This document shows, piece after piece, positions 36,856-50,103 of a stretch of DNA of 64,000 bases. Location: NCBI GenBank assembly GCA_964106915.2, contig OZ066917.1; one strand, 5' to 3'. Position 1 is the first letter of the stretch, and each line of letters opens with the position of its first letter. Made by a program: the position numbers and the translations under genes. A model generated the notes under the pieces. That model searched no databases and was not told the origin of the DNA. It saw only the letters and a list, made by a program, of their open reading frames with translations. This stretch comes from Podarcis gaigeae (lineage: Eukaryota).

Positions 36856-39800
36856 GTAAGCGTTGCGATCTTTGCCCGTTGACTTTGCACTTGTGCTTCT
36901 TCTGCTCCCCGACCCCATTTTGCAAAAGCAAAATTAAATACAGTAGGCTCTTCAGCCTATTAGTGGATGGCTGCGGACTTTGAGGTTTCAAATAGCGTCC
37001 CTGTATTCAGAGTCCTCTCCTGCCAGGTGCTTCTTTTTTGTTCTCTTGCAAGCTATCGGTAGTCGTTGCTGATAAAGTAGGTAGACGTTTGAGGTCTAAA
37101 AGTTTCCCCCTTTGAAGGGAAAATGTGCTGCTTGCTACTCCCCTTAACACCCAGCTATGGGTCACGGGTTTTTTTCTTTCCTGCCCAACATTTTTTTTCC
37201 TTGGCAGGAATTCTGTATCTTTAAGCAAAAGGGTTCAAATTTCCTGCCATGCAGATCCAGTAATAGGAAGAACTTCACTTGTTGAACTTCTGCCTGTCAC
37301 ACAGCTGTTAAATGGTGCTGGAGTCCTGGAGGGGAATAGAGGGAGGAACAATCCTAATATGCACATAAACCTGTTTTAAAATGCTAGTTCTTAAGACGTT
37401 TTGATCCTATAGACTGTGTAAGCTATGTGTGTTGTAAGCCAGCCTGTAAAGGAGGGCTAAAAAACTCCATACCTGATAGGGCTATGCCTTGCCCTTTATT
37501 TTTTGACCACCCGCACCCCCCTCAGCTCTGGAGTGTTCTGAGGATGCTTCCACAGAAAACATTTACAAATGAATTTAAAATGAAACCTTTCACTGCCGTT
37601 ATTAACTTTTGTAAACTTCGTTTACAAAAGAAGTTTAAAAATAAACATTTGTCGGCCGTTACCATGTGGTTGTCCTTTCGCAAATACTGTTGGAATTGTA
37701 TAGTGTTATAATGCTGGTGCATTAGAATACGTTTTTATACACAGTGGTACCTTGGTTCTCAAACTTAATGCGTTCTGGGAGTCCATTCAACTCCCAAAAC
37801 CATTCAAAAACCAAGACATGGCTTCCAATTGGCTGCAGGAGCTTCCTGCGCTCAAGCAGAAGCTGCGTCGGATGTTCAGTTTCCGAAAAACATTTGCAAA
37901 CCAGAACACTTACTTCCAGATTTGCGGCGTTCAGGAGCCAATTTGTTTGGCAACTAGGCCATTCGGGAACCAAGGTTTGACTGTATAATACATTAAGAAT
38001 CCTATTTAAGCTGGGTCAAAGCTGATTTTCTAAAGAGCACTGTTTCTCTTGTCCACCCTTGGGATCTTCATATACTGTACTTTCCCTTAAATATATTTGT
38101 TCCTACCAACTCCACTGTTTACTCATAGAATCACAGAGTTGGGTTTGAACCCACAAGCCTGAGATTGAGTCTCATGCTCAACTGACTGAGCTATCTTGGC
38201 AGTCTTTGGTCAAGAGTCTTGAGGCATGATGTGGACCAGCATACTTTACTTATATATTGGTCCTGTGGTGATAATCCTGTGTGTTCCTTTTCAGTGTCAA
38301 ATTTATTTTATGCTATTTACATATAAAGGGTATTGTACTGCAGTTTTCATTTTTAAAGAAACACTGAATTATGGCTTAGTAGTTCCCTATATTTTTTCCT
38401 CTCTAGCACATGCAAGAAAATTAAAAAAACAGGCATGGGGTGTGTGACCTGCTTCACACCCTCCTCAAGTGTTTCTGTGTGGTTAGAATACGCCCTTGAC
38501 TTTTGATAATGCTTTTTGTTCATTTGGATGGAGGACAGAGGGATATGAGTGCATGTGCAAACCAAACTACTGCACAAAAATAAAAGCAACATTTGTTGCT
38601 CCGCCCACTTTTGTTTCTGGCCCCACCCACCACTTGCTTAGAAGGGAATGTGGCCATTGGGCTGAAAAGCTTCACTGTTCCAGAGAATTAAACTCCCAGA
38701 CTCCGAAGCTAAATATTCTCAAAATGGCGGATATTGATGTTAGATGGTTAGCTTTGCTGGTTTTTAAGAAGAACTTAAAACCTTCTGTGGTCAGCTGAGT
38801 GATCCTGCTCTGCAGTAGCAAAGTGAGAAAGCACATACCTTCAGAGAATGGGGGAGGCAAACGCCCCACATAAAAAGTTAACAAAATAAAGGTAGTATTT
38901 CTTAATGCTGTGCTGATTATAGTCTGATCTACACAGGCTGTAGAACGGGCTAAAGTTTGTATCACTTCAGACTGTAGGTACGGAATCATTTTTAAAAATA
39001 CACACACAAGCAAATCTCCGCTTGCGGGAAGGAAATTACTGAACCATCTTGTTTGTTTTCTCCTTGTAAGTAGTTAAGACACAGAGCATTCACCCAGGGC
39101 ACCACCACCCCACCTGTAGTCTGAAGTGGTACAATCCTCTCAAACACCTTTAGGATTCTGCAGCATGTGTCGGCAAAGGGGAAATGCAGTGGATGTCCAG
39201 GGCTGTCTTACAGCAACACTATGAGCAGCATTTACAGTTGACAATGAACATGCTGTCTGGAATGGAAAGAGAGGATGGGTAAAAATAAATTTCCCTCCAG
39301 ATATATCATATAGGAGTTTGAGTGCTGGTTGAATTAGTGGAACCTTAACTGAAGACGTGAAGCCCATGTGCAACAAATGAAAGGCATAATGTGCATGCAA
39401 TGAACTAATCAAGGGGTAAAAGACTTTGAAATGCTATAACCTAATTAGACCAAAGTAGATTGGAAATGTTCCTTCCTTGTTCCTCATGGCTTATCCACAG
39501 CATTAGAGGTTTAGCTAGAAATGCTGTATTTTACTCCAGTTTATTAAGCTGCACACTTTTATTCCTTGTTCACAGGCACTTCAAGAAGTGGATCATGGCC
39601 TTATCAGTCAGCTGTTGGTGGACTCGGAGGAAAACCTTAGTGTGTGTACAGAGAAAATTCAAGCCTCCCCTCCATACAACTGGAATGCTGACTGGAGCTT
39701 TTGGGTAATTCCATGGGTTCTCTGTTATGTATGAGTGATCTGTATTCCAAGACAACCTGCATTCTATAACAGTTTGAATAAGCCAATCCCTTCTTTCAGC

Positions 39801-42800
39801 TTGGGGAGATTGTAATGATCACTGTGTGTATGTTGACTTGAAGAGAAGTGACCTCACTAATGTATTTCATACTGAGTCATCGACAGCAGCACTGTAAGCT
39901 TGCAGGGCTTGCTTACTGATTTATCTTGTACATTAACAATCTAGAGTTAGTGGTGAGCAGTGAGGTGGCCAAGTTTGCTGATGATACTAAATTGTTCAGG
40001 GTCATTAAAACAAAAAGAGATTGCAAAGAGCTCTAAATGGCCTCTCTAAATTGAGGGAATGGGCAGTAAAACGACACATGCAATTTGGCATACACAAGTG
40101 TAAAGGGTTGCATATTGGGACACAAAATAAATCTTCCATTTCGTGTATATGCTCATGGTACTGGCTGTGCCTTACTAGGAACAGCACCTTGTGGTCACAG
40201 TAGATAGCTCAATGAAGAAGTTGCTCCAGTGCACAGCAGCTGTGAAATGGCAAATTTCATGCTAGGAATTGTTAGGAAAGGACTTGAAGATAAAAGTGTC
40301 GATATTATAATGCTGTGTTACACAAATCTATGGTGCAACTGTACTGTGTACAGTTCTGGCTGCCTCTCCTCAAAACGGGTATTGTAAAGCTGGAGGAGGT
40401 TCGGAAAAGGGAATCCGAAATGATCAGCAGGATGGAGCGATACTCCTATGAGGCAAAGTCGAAGTGTTTGGGACTTCTTAGTTCAGAGGAAAGGTAAGTA
40501 ACAGGTAACATGGTAGAAGTTTATACAAATATGCGTGGCATGGAGGAAGCGGCTAGAGAAAAGTTTTTCTCCTTCGTAACACTAGAATGTGTGGAAGCTG
40601 AATGGTGGAAGGTTCAAGACAGATAAAAGAAAGTACTTCTTCACACAGCGCATAGCCAAACTAGGGAACTTGCTCCCACAGAGCAGTGATGACTACCAAA
40701 GAGCATTAGACAAATTTATGGGAGATGAGGCTATCAATAGCTTCTAGCCCTGATGGCTGTGCTTTGGATCCATAGTTGGATACAGTAATGCTTCTGAACT
40801 CCACTTGCTGAAAGGGAGAATACTCTGATCCTGCTTGTGAGCTTCCCATGGGCATCTGCTTGGCCACTGTGGGAACAGGATGCTGAACTTGATGGGCCAT
40901 CGGCCTGATCCTGCAGGCTCTTCCTATGTTCTTAAGAATATGGAAGTTTCATAAGGCCTCTCTTGAATACCTTTTTATGCTGACAGGCCTTTGCGGCTGT
41001 TGGATTAACTAATCACTTTAATAATTATTTGTATTGTTTTTTCAAGGTGTTTTACGTTTTATCATGGTACACCATGGTGATATTTTAGGATATGGTGGTA
41101 TAAAAATGCTTTTATAAATAAATAAGTACACTCCAGTGCTGTGCCACTGGACTTTATTATTATTCAGCAGTTGTAGTTGCTGCTGATTAAGAAACAAAAC
41201 TACAAAGTTAAACAACTGTGTGATTGGTTTTGTAGGTGTACAAAGCCAGGGAAGTGGGGTCGCTGACCCAGACTGCGAATCTGGTGAGGGGAATCATAGA
41301 ACTGTAGAGCTGGGATTTGGAAGGGACCCAGATGTAGGGATCTTTTACCCAATGTGGGGCTCGAACCCTCAACCTTGAGATTAGAGTCTCATGCTGTATT
41401 GACTAAGCTATGCAGAGGGAGGAAGGAGGCTTTAACCCTTTTCTCTTAGTGCATCCTTAATTTGGAATTGGGGAGGCACACGGGAAAGGAACGATTCTAT
41501 TCACACCAATAAAAACTTCTAGTACAAACTGCAGGTGGAAGTGATCTGCTTAGAAGCATAGGGGGCAAAGGGTTAAAGTTCCTGGATCCCAGACGTTCCT
41601 GGATCCCAGACTGGATTGGTCACTGTACCTGATGTTTACACTTAAAAGCTATTCACCCAACTGCTAATTTTGTGAATGGTGTCATGTTTAGTTTGGCCTA
41701 AGAAGTCATAATTTCTAAGTGGCTTAAGTCTACAGGCTAAAAATCTTGCTGTATTAAAATCCATTCTACCTGTAAACTGTGAAACAGGGGAGTCCGATCA
41801 CTTGGGCAGTGCTACTTGCTCACCTGCTCCAGGCATGGAAGCATTATCTGAGCCATCCTTGATTACAATTTTAAATTATTAATCATACTCTTGGCATAGG
41901 AAATTTGAGTCAGAAGTTAAATACCCGAGCTGATGAAGTGAATCAGCTGCTGAGCTGAGATCTTTCGTCGCGTGCTAGATCCTCAGCATCACACAGCATT
42001 CCCTCAGCTGGAATCTCCTCACCTGAGATCCACAGATGAAGGGCAGTATACAAATTTAATAAATAAATATTTAAATAAATGGCTAGTAGTGGAAACGTCA
42101 AATTTTGCTCTACAGATCTTAAATCCATTATACTAGAGTTTAGCAAAACCATTCTTTCTTGCTTCTGTGAATTTCTGGTGGAGCCTTGAAGCTCTGAATA
42201 TTAGGCATCAAACTGTGGCGGCAATCCTAAACATACTTATGAGGCCTGTTGAACAAACACACCAGCCTTTTCTGAGTTGTTCTTCCATGATAGGTTTACA
42301 ATTGTGTGATGGGAGAATGAGACCATGCCCCACTCCTGCTGTTGTGTCTTCATTGGCCCAACCACATGCTGTGGGGGAAAGTCTGAAGTAGAGGGCCTGC
42401 TGCAAGTGCCCAGCTTCCCTTTGCAATTGGGGCTGCAATCACATGGTGACTTATTCTGTTTTCACAACTGCTCCCTAACTGTTAAGTTCCACGTTATATC
42501 TGAGCGTTCACACGACATGGAAGTCTCTACTGGACCTATAGTGGAATATAGTGCAAGTTTAGTGCTAATTTCTGTGTTATTTACTTATAGGGGGGAAGAA
42601 CTGTTTGCAAATAATATGGAAATGAGTGGTAATCTTGCATTATATTCTGGAAGTGGGTTTTACATCATGAGATAGCTCAAACATAATGTGGAAATTAACA
42701 GGGAAACATTGTGAAAATGAATTAGACTGCTATGTGAATGCAGCCTTAGAAGGGTATCATGCAGGGTTCCGAATCATGGGAGTCTACATTCATATTGTAG

Positions 42801-45800
42801 CTCCTTACTTCAGACCTTCAAACACGTGGGGACAGGACTAGTAAGAAGACAATAGAGGGCAGTGCCATAACAGGGGCGGGGCCACTGAGTGGGCAGACTT
42901 GTGAATGTGGCTCCTCTACACATGTTTATTATCGCATTCAAGTAGAGTGCTTGAAAAGAACTACTAAGACTGGCTTCTGAGTAAATAAGCATAGGATTTT
43001 ATAGTTGGTGTGATTTCATTCTAATTAAAAGTGGTTTGGTTGACATACATCAGAGAGACCACATCGACTATTCTATTCCTTTTTCTTTTTCAAAAAATGC
43101 CCTAAAGGGTAGTAAACATGCAAATTTAGAACAAGGAACTGAGATTTAAGTTTCATTTCTGTATTCTTGCCAATAGTGATTCTTGAGGCCAACTAGCAGG
43201 AAACAGATTTCTGTAGGGAATGTTGTTTTCGGCTAATCTGTATAATGATGTAGAAAGGTAGGACGCAATTGTTAATTAAGCCTTAGTTGTTGGGCTATGA
43301 ATATTTCCATGAAGCTGTAATTGCACCTCTAGAGACCTTTTTTTTATTGTGGTTAAACCCAAGTAAGAAGAGAACCTGGATTCTCACAGATTTTCCCCCA
43401 GGGCTGTTGGTTTCAACTAGATGTTGCTGGGAAACTTTGCTTGTAAATTCACTAATGTTACTTAGAGAGAAGCAGTGTAGATTTCCATAATACTATTTTG
43501 GCCAAAATATCAAATACCAAAAATCCTTGTAAAATCTTGAAAAGGTTTATCATTGATAAAAACAAAACATTTATGGCAATAAAGGTTGAAGGATGTGCTT
43601 GCAAGTCCAAAAGTCCACTTTCCCTTTGGTGGCTTTCATGATGATTAGCTGTTGAGCCTGACTCTTTTGTAATGTTTATATCTTATAAGCCACCCTGTGT
43701 AGTGCATTTAAACTAGAAGGGTGTGATAATAATGCCTTAAAATGCATTTAAATGCTTGTATCCAATAGAGGCCACAAATTTTCTAGTATTAAAATATTTA
43801 TAAAACAGTTAAATGAGAACATCCATCATGGATGCATTAGTTGAGATCCCTGTATTGTAGGGGGTTGGTTTAGATCAGGCATAGGCAAACTTGGCCCTCC
43901 AGATGTTTTGGGACTACAACTCCCATCATCCCCGACCTGTTTGCTAGGGATGATGGGAGTTGTAGTCCCAAAACATCTGGAGGGCCGAGTTTGCCTATGC
44001 CTGGACAAGATGACCCTCTTGATCCCTTCCAACACTATGATTCTATGAAAGGTGGGTTAGTAACTTGTGGATTTTGCAAATCTGGCTTTCACAGTGGGAT
44101 ACAAAGAGTTCTGTGACAAGTCTATTGTTTTTCCTTTTAAAAAATTAATAATTTGGGTAGGTAAAGCAGAGTAGCTCTCCTTGCACTGGGTATGGTTGGT
44201 TCGTGATGCCCAGTCATTTCACAAAATTAAGCATAGTATGGTAGTCCAAAACATCTGTAGAGCCATCATGTTAGGGAAGGCTGCTGTAGGAGGCGCATGA
44301 GCCAGATCAGGTGGCAACATACCTCACTTAACACATTAAGCACTGCAACCCACTGTAATTGTAGTGCACTGTCATTTTCTGTCATGTTTTGCTGTGCTAA
44401 TTAGGTGTCTCAGTAACACCTGGCAGGGTTATTCACAGCTGACTGCGACCTGTTCTTGCATCCTGATTCATAACAAACACGTGAATGATATAATTGCTGG
44501 CAGCATGCTCTCAAACGTTTAAAACAGTTGACTTTTAACACCCTGCCAAACAGTGATCTGGCATCTTAGGCTAAGCACAGATCTTCCCAAGTGTACTTCT
44601 GTTCATATAGTTAAGGGAGCTGTGAAAACAACAACAAAACCGTACCTCTAAACCCACCGGACCATGTTTCTAAACGTTGGCATGCTTGCCGCAACACACA
44701 CCTCAGCCCCATACAATGGAATATTCTCCCAGTGGATTTGATGCTGGTTTGCCCTTAGAGGATATACTCTTCTTTTCAAGGTAGGTTCTATCAGACTTTC
44801 CAATATTACTTAGTTTAAAAAATCAAAAGACGTTAGGGTTTATCTGTGACTAGTTTTCTATGTGCATGGGTCTTTTTGTTTGTGGGCAGAAAAGCCCAAA
44901 TTAATCTGAGCTTCCACCTATTAATGAAGTGGCATAGACACAGTTTTAGCACCTCAGCAAGAACTAAGTTGAAGAGTATAGAAGAATTTAAAACTTATTA
45001 GATACTTGTTATGAGTCTGACTGAACTGAACCATTAGCTATATCTGGTGTGTGTGTCCCCTATTCAGACTACTTTTTTAACAGTGCTGTATGCCTAGCTG
45101 CTGCTGCTGTTTGTTTTTCCTAGCAAGCATTATATGAAGGTTGAAAGGCATCCATCCTATTAGTTCAGTTGGGGTTTTTTGGTCACATTGTCTTCTAGTC
45201 CAGTGTGTACTTTGAGACAAGAGCATCCAATATCTTAAGGGAGATGAAGGGAGGCACAGAACACACTAAGGCCTCATCTACAATATATATTTAAAGCATT
45301 ATACCACTTTAAACAGCCATGACTTCTCTTAATTAATTCTGAAAACTAGTTATGGGTGCTGAGAGTTGCTAGAAGACAGAACTGCTTGCTCTCACAGAAC
45401 TGCTATACCCAGAGTTCCCTGGGTATTGACTGTTAAAAGAGTCTGGGAATTGTAGCTTGCTGAAGAAGACATAAGGGTTTCCAAAGAACTCTCAACAAAC
45501 TACAGTTTCCAGGATTTTTTTGGGCCTAAATCTCTTTCATTGAATTGAGACATTTGAAATGTTCCTTCTAACAGGTTGACAGACGTAATCTAATTTGACT
45601 AGAATGCCATTGTGCATATCAATGTGCTCAGCTCTTTTAGGATTGATAATTAATTTTTAATATAAATTTATTCTGTGATATAGTGAAGCAATATTGTTGG
45701 AAGGAGCCCAGAGAATTGTGCCTGAATATTAAATTTATCTAGCTTTGAGTACATAGCATTGGTTACAGATAGCATTAGAGAGGAGCTGTTTCCATGGAGG

Positions 45801-47140
45801 CATGGGGAAAGCATAATTTGAAAAACCTGCAGAAAAACAGTGGCCTGGGTTGGAAAACCCTTTCCTCCTGGATTTCTTTCTCTGTGCAATGCAGGAGCAA
45901 AACTGTACCCTCCCACCTTGCGTACTGGGTGTGTCAGCCCTGCAGGCTATACATGCACAGCTGTAATGTTTAAATATAACATAACACTTGTTAGAATTCA
46001 GTATGTGAAGGCCAGCTGAGTTCCCTCATACATTATGAGGATTGACTATGCAATTTGGACCGACACACCTTTTCCCCCTGCTAACGTTACACCCACATGT
46101 GGATATCTAGGTTAGGTGATTTGAGCAGGAAGGAGGAATCCTGATTTCCAGCACAAATACAAAGATGATCAGAAAGCATCACCTGAGTGGAACTGCATTT
46201 TGTGAAGTTTGTTGCAACAGCCATATTCTATCCATGTTTCCTCAAAACAAGTCTTGCTGAGTTTGGTGGGGCTGACTCACCTCTGACTGTATAGAACTGC
46301 ACCTAAGTCAGGATCAGTACTTGGGGAAATCTCACCAAATTCACTGTGTGACATGTCTCTTTGTCAGATGCTGTGGGAGACAGTGGTCAAAGAGTTGCAA
46401 ACAACACTTCATATGGCTCTGGGCATATAAAGGACAAATAGCTGCAGAGGGCTTATATTTCTGAGGTTTAATGGGAATACAAAAGAACGGGCAATAATGT
46501 ATTTCTCAGAATACATTTACAGTACATGGCTCAATAATACAGAGGAAGTCATTCCCCCAAATAAGCAAGCATGGCATGGGTACCGGAGAATCTTGCACAA
46601 ATGCTGCTCATTGACTTCTGCTGGGTCTGTTCTGACCCCTCTAGTATATCTGTTTCTCTCTGCCAATTAGCAGGACATTGGAGAGAGCTTACCTCGGAAT
46701 GTTATGTGTCTTGTGGTGATTTAATTCCCATCCTAAAACTACAAGATGTCAGACAGACAGATACACACACACACACACAAAAAAAAAAAACATACACACA
46801 TATATAAGTATGTATATAAAGGGACCCCTGACCATTAGGTCCAGTCGTGGACGACTGGTGTTGCGACACTCATCTCGCTTTATTGGCCGAGGGAGCCAGC
46901 ATACAACGTCCGGGTCATGTGGCCAGCATGACTAAGCCGCTTCTGGCGAATCAGAGCAGTGCACGGAAATGCCGTTTACCTTCCTGCCGGAGTGGTACCT
47001 ATTTATCTACTTGCACTTTGATGTGCTTTCGAACTGCTAGGTTAGCAGGAGCAGGGACTGAACAATGGGAGCTCACCCCGTCACGGGGATTTGAATGGCC
47101 GACCTTCTGATCGCCAAGTCCTAGGCTCTGTGGTTTAGAC

Positions 47141-47183
<43 letters not shown>

Positions 47184-50063
47184 TCCAGAATTGCCTTAAT
47201 TCCTGCTACATAAACCATGGTGAAAATAAAGCCAAGAAAACTAAAGCAATTGTTTTAGATTCAGTTCAGATAATACTCATACATAAAAGCGTCAACAACA
47301 AAATCACCCACTCCTAAGTATTTAAGAGTTTTATGCTGCCAGGCAACGATGAAAAACATCTTAAATGTGGGTTCTTTGTGGTTTTGCTTTTGCTTTTAAG
47401 CACATTTGAGGGTATGATCTCAAATGTTAAAAATTATTGCTACAGTATAGGCGGATGGCATAATTTGAGTTGGTTTTATTTTCACCATAGCGTCTGTACT
47501 TGGCATGAATAGGTAGCCCATTGCCCTGCAAAATATAAGTGCACAGCTTTTTAAGTTGTTGTGTGCCATGTGGTTATTGTTTCTGTATATCAAGTGAAGG
47601 AACTTTCTAAAACAGGAAACAACATTTTCTAGTCTTCTTAAATAACTGTTTTCTTTGGCTTGCAATAAATATGTATATATATTAAAAACCCCTAATTTAT
47701 GAGAAACAGAAACCTTATTTCTTCAGAGCTAGAGAAGCTTTATGAAAATCATGGTGCAAATTACAAGGGTGGCGGAAGCAAGGAGATTCTGTACATAATT
47801 AGATCACAGCGGAAGTATGATCAGCCACCCTGTCATAACACCAGTGCTGCCAGTGTGGAGCACTGGGTATTGAGGCCTAGATGAGTCATGTTAGAAACAC
47901 TATTTTCAGATGCCTTCTATCACCTTCCCAATCAGGAGGGAAGTGATTGTTAAGTATTTACAGATGTGGTTAAGAGTCAAAATACGGATAAGGCAGGATG
48001 CAGATTTATTGAAAAGCTCCTTTACATATCTCTGTGTGTTCATCCATACTTTGGTTTGGGAGGCTGTTGAAGGATTGCTTTACTTATCTGGAAGAACTAG
48101 TTTTTGGGATTTACTTGAGTAATTGAACCTTATACAAAATACATTTGTGGCCTGGTACTCTTTGCCACTCAGCATCATATGAAAAAACAGCTAATATGTG
48201 AAAAAAATTATATCTCAAGCAAGGTGTAAGGCATCAGAAATGTATTTCCTTTTTCTACCAAAGAGAAGTCATGTCCTCCATCATGGAGGGCACGTGTTGC
48301 GGTGAGATCACCGTAAGCTGCCTCTCTGTTGTGGAGTGGGACCGTTTGGATAGCCACAACACCCCATTGGTTGCCCCTCTGTCGCTGGGGCAGAAATTCG
48401 GCTTGTTGGGATGGCTATTGGCTGCTGAGGGGCTATTTAAGCTGCTGCACATCGCTGGAGAGCTTCTCTTTCTTGCGACGTGCAGCGGATCAGCTGCCCT
48501 CCTCTTCCTATATCTAGGGTTGTTCTTTGGCCTTGCTATGCCTGTCTAGGGGTCGTCTGTTTTGGAGCAGGGACCTGGTAGGAATCTTGCCATTTGGCTG
48601 ATTGGCTGGTGCCACTTGGTTTTTGCCTACTGTGTATCAAATCATCACAACTTTCTAAAGTTGGTGGCTAGGCATTTGGTTCAATGTTTTGCGGAGGGGA
48701 CGTGGTTGGCTGTGCCTGCCCCTCCATTGCTGCTGCTAGGGAATTCCGTTGAAGGAATCCAGGGGCTCACCTTGCCTTTGTCCGAACCCTGTCAAGGGGC
48801 AAGGGCCACGCCAGACCCCCTGGGAGCATGGTTTCTAAGATACTCTGCAATGTGACCCTGAATGGTTTGTTTCTCTTGTGTACCTGGTGAAGTAATACTA
48901 TTCTCTTAGTTACTACTGTGTTTAGTTAATCTGAATCTTAACAAAAATGGTTATTGATGTTGTGTCATCTGGCATAAATGTTTCTGAAAATTAGCTTATC
49001 TGATTCTACTGGGAATGTTTTCCTGGTCTGATTGAAGGCAAAAAAATCTCACCTGCCCAAACACTGCACAGTTAATCTGATTTTTTTTCAAAATCTTTCT
49101 CCTTCAGCCTCTACAAGTAACAGGGGGGCTGAGCCAAAGACTGGGACATAATCACACTAATGCCCAGGCCTCTGTCTGCCATTAGCCCTCTGGAAGAGAG
49201 CCCTCTGCTTAGGAGACTATCCTCTCCAGAGCAGCTCAGGGGAAATGAAGAGGAACAGAAAATGCATGTAAGTAGAACACACAGGCCTGGTTCTTCTAAA
49301 GCTTGAAGGATAGAGATGTTTCAGTTCAGCTGATTCTCATCTGGATGTGCAGCTGGCTCTAGCGAAAAAACATTTTATCTGAGGTGAAGTTGAAGCTCTT
49401 TTTATAAATGGTGGATCTGCGATGGCTCATTCACACACCTTGATATTGTGGTCACGAAATGACAGCCACGCATATATTAAGAAGGTGGCGTATATGTGTG
49501 CATCAGCAGTATCTTTGCACATTTAACGACACCTATTTTCTAGACTGAACAGTACCAAATTTGGTGAAAGAGCCACATGACCTATGAAAGTTAAGTATCT
49601 TAAACTTTCTTTCTTGAATGAGAGACGGAAGGAGAGTAAGCAAGTGAGCAGTTCTGCTAGGGCTCTCTAGGTTTAGGTGCTGATTCTGAGAGCAATAAAC
49701 AATGCAGGGTGCCCAAGCTCCTGTATAATATTTACATTATATAATAATAATAATAATAATAATAATTTGTTATTCGTACCCTGCCCATCTGGCTGGGTTT
49801 CCCCAGCCACTCTGGGCGGCTTCCACAGAGACCAAAAATTCACTAAAATGTCACACATTAAAAACTCCCCTGAAAAAAATGTTAATAAAAGGTATTAGGA
49901 AAGCTGCAGCATGTGAGAGAGATAAAGCAGGCGTGAGCCGTGTAAAAATAAACCATGGCTTGGTATTATGAGGATGAGCCACAAGGAGCCTTGGGCTCAC
50001 ATGCTCTTCCCTTCCTCCACCAGCAGAGGTGTACTTAGGGGTTGGCAAAACTGCCCTCCACGT

Positions 50064-50103
<40 letters not shown>

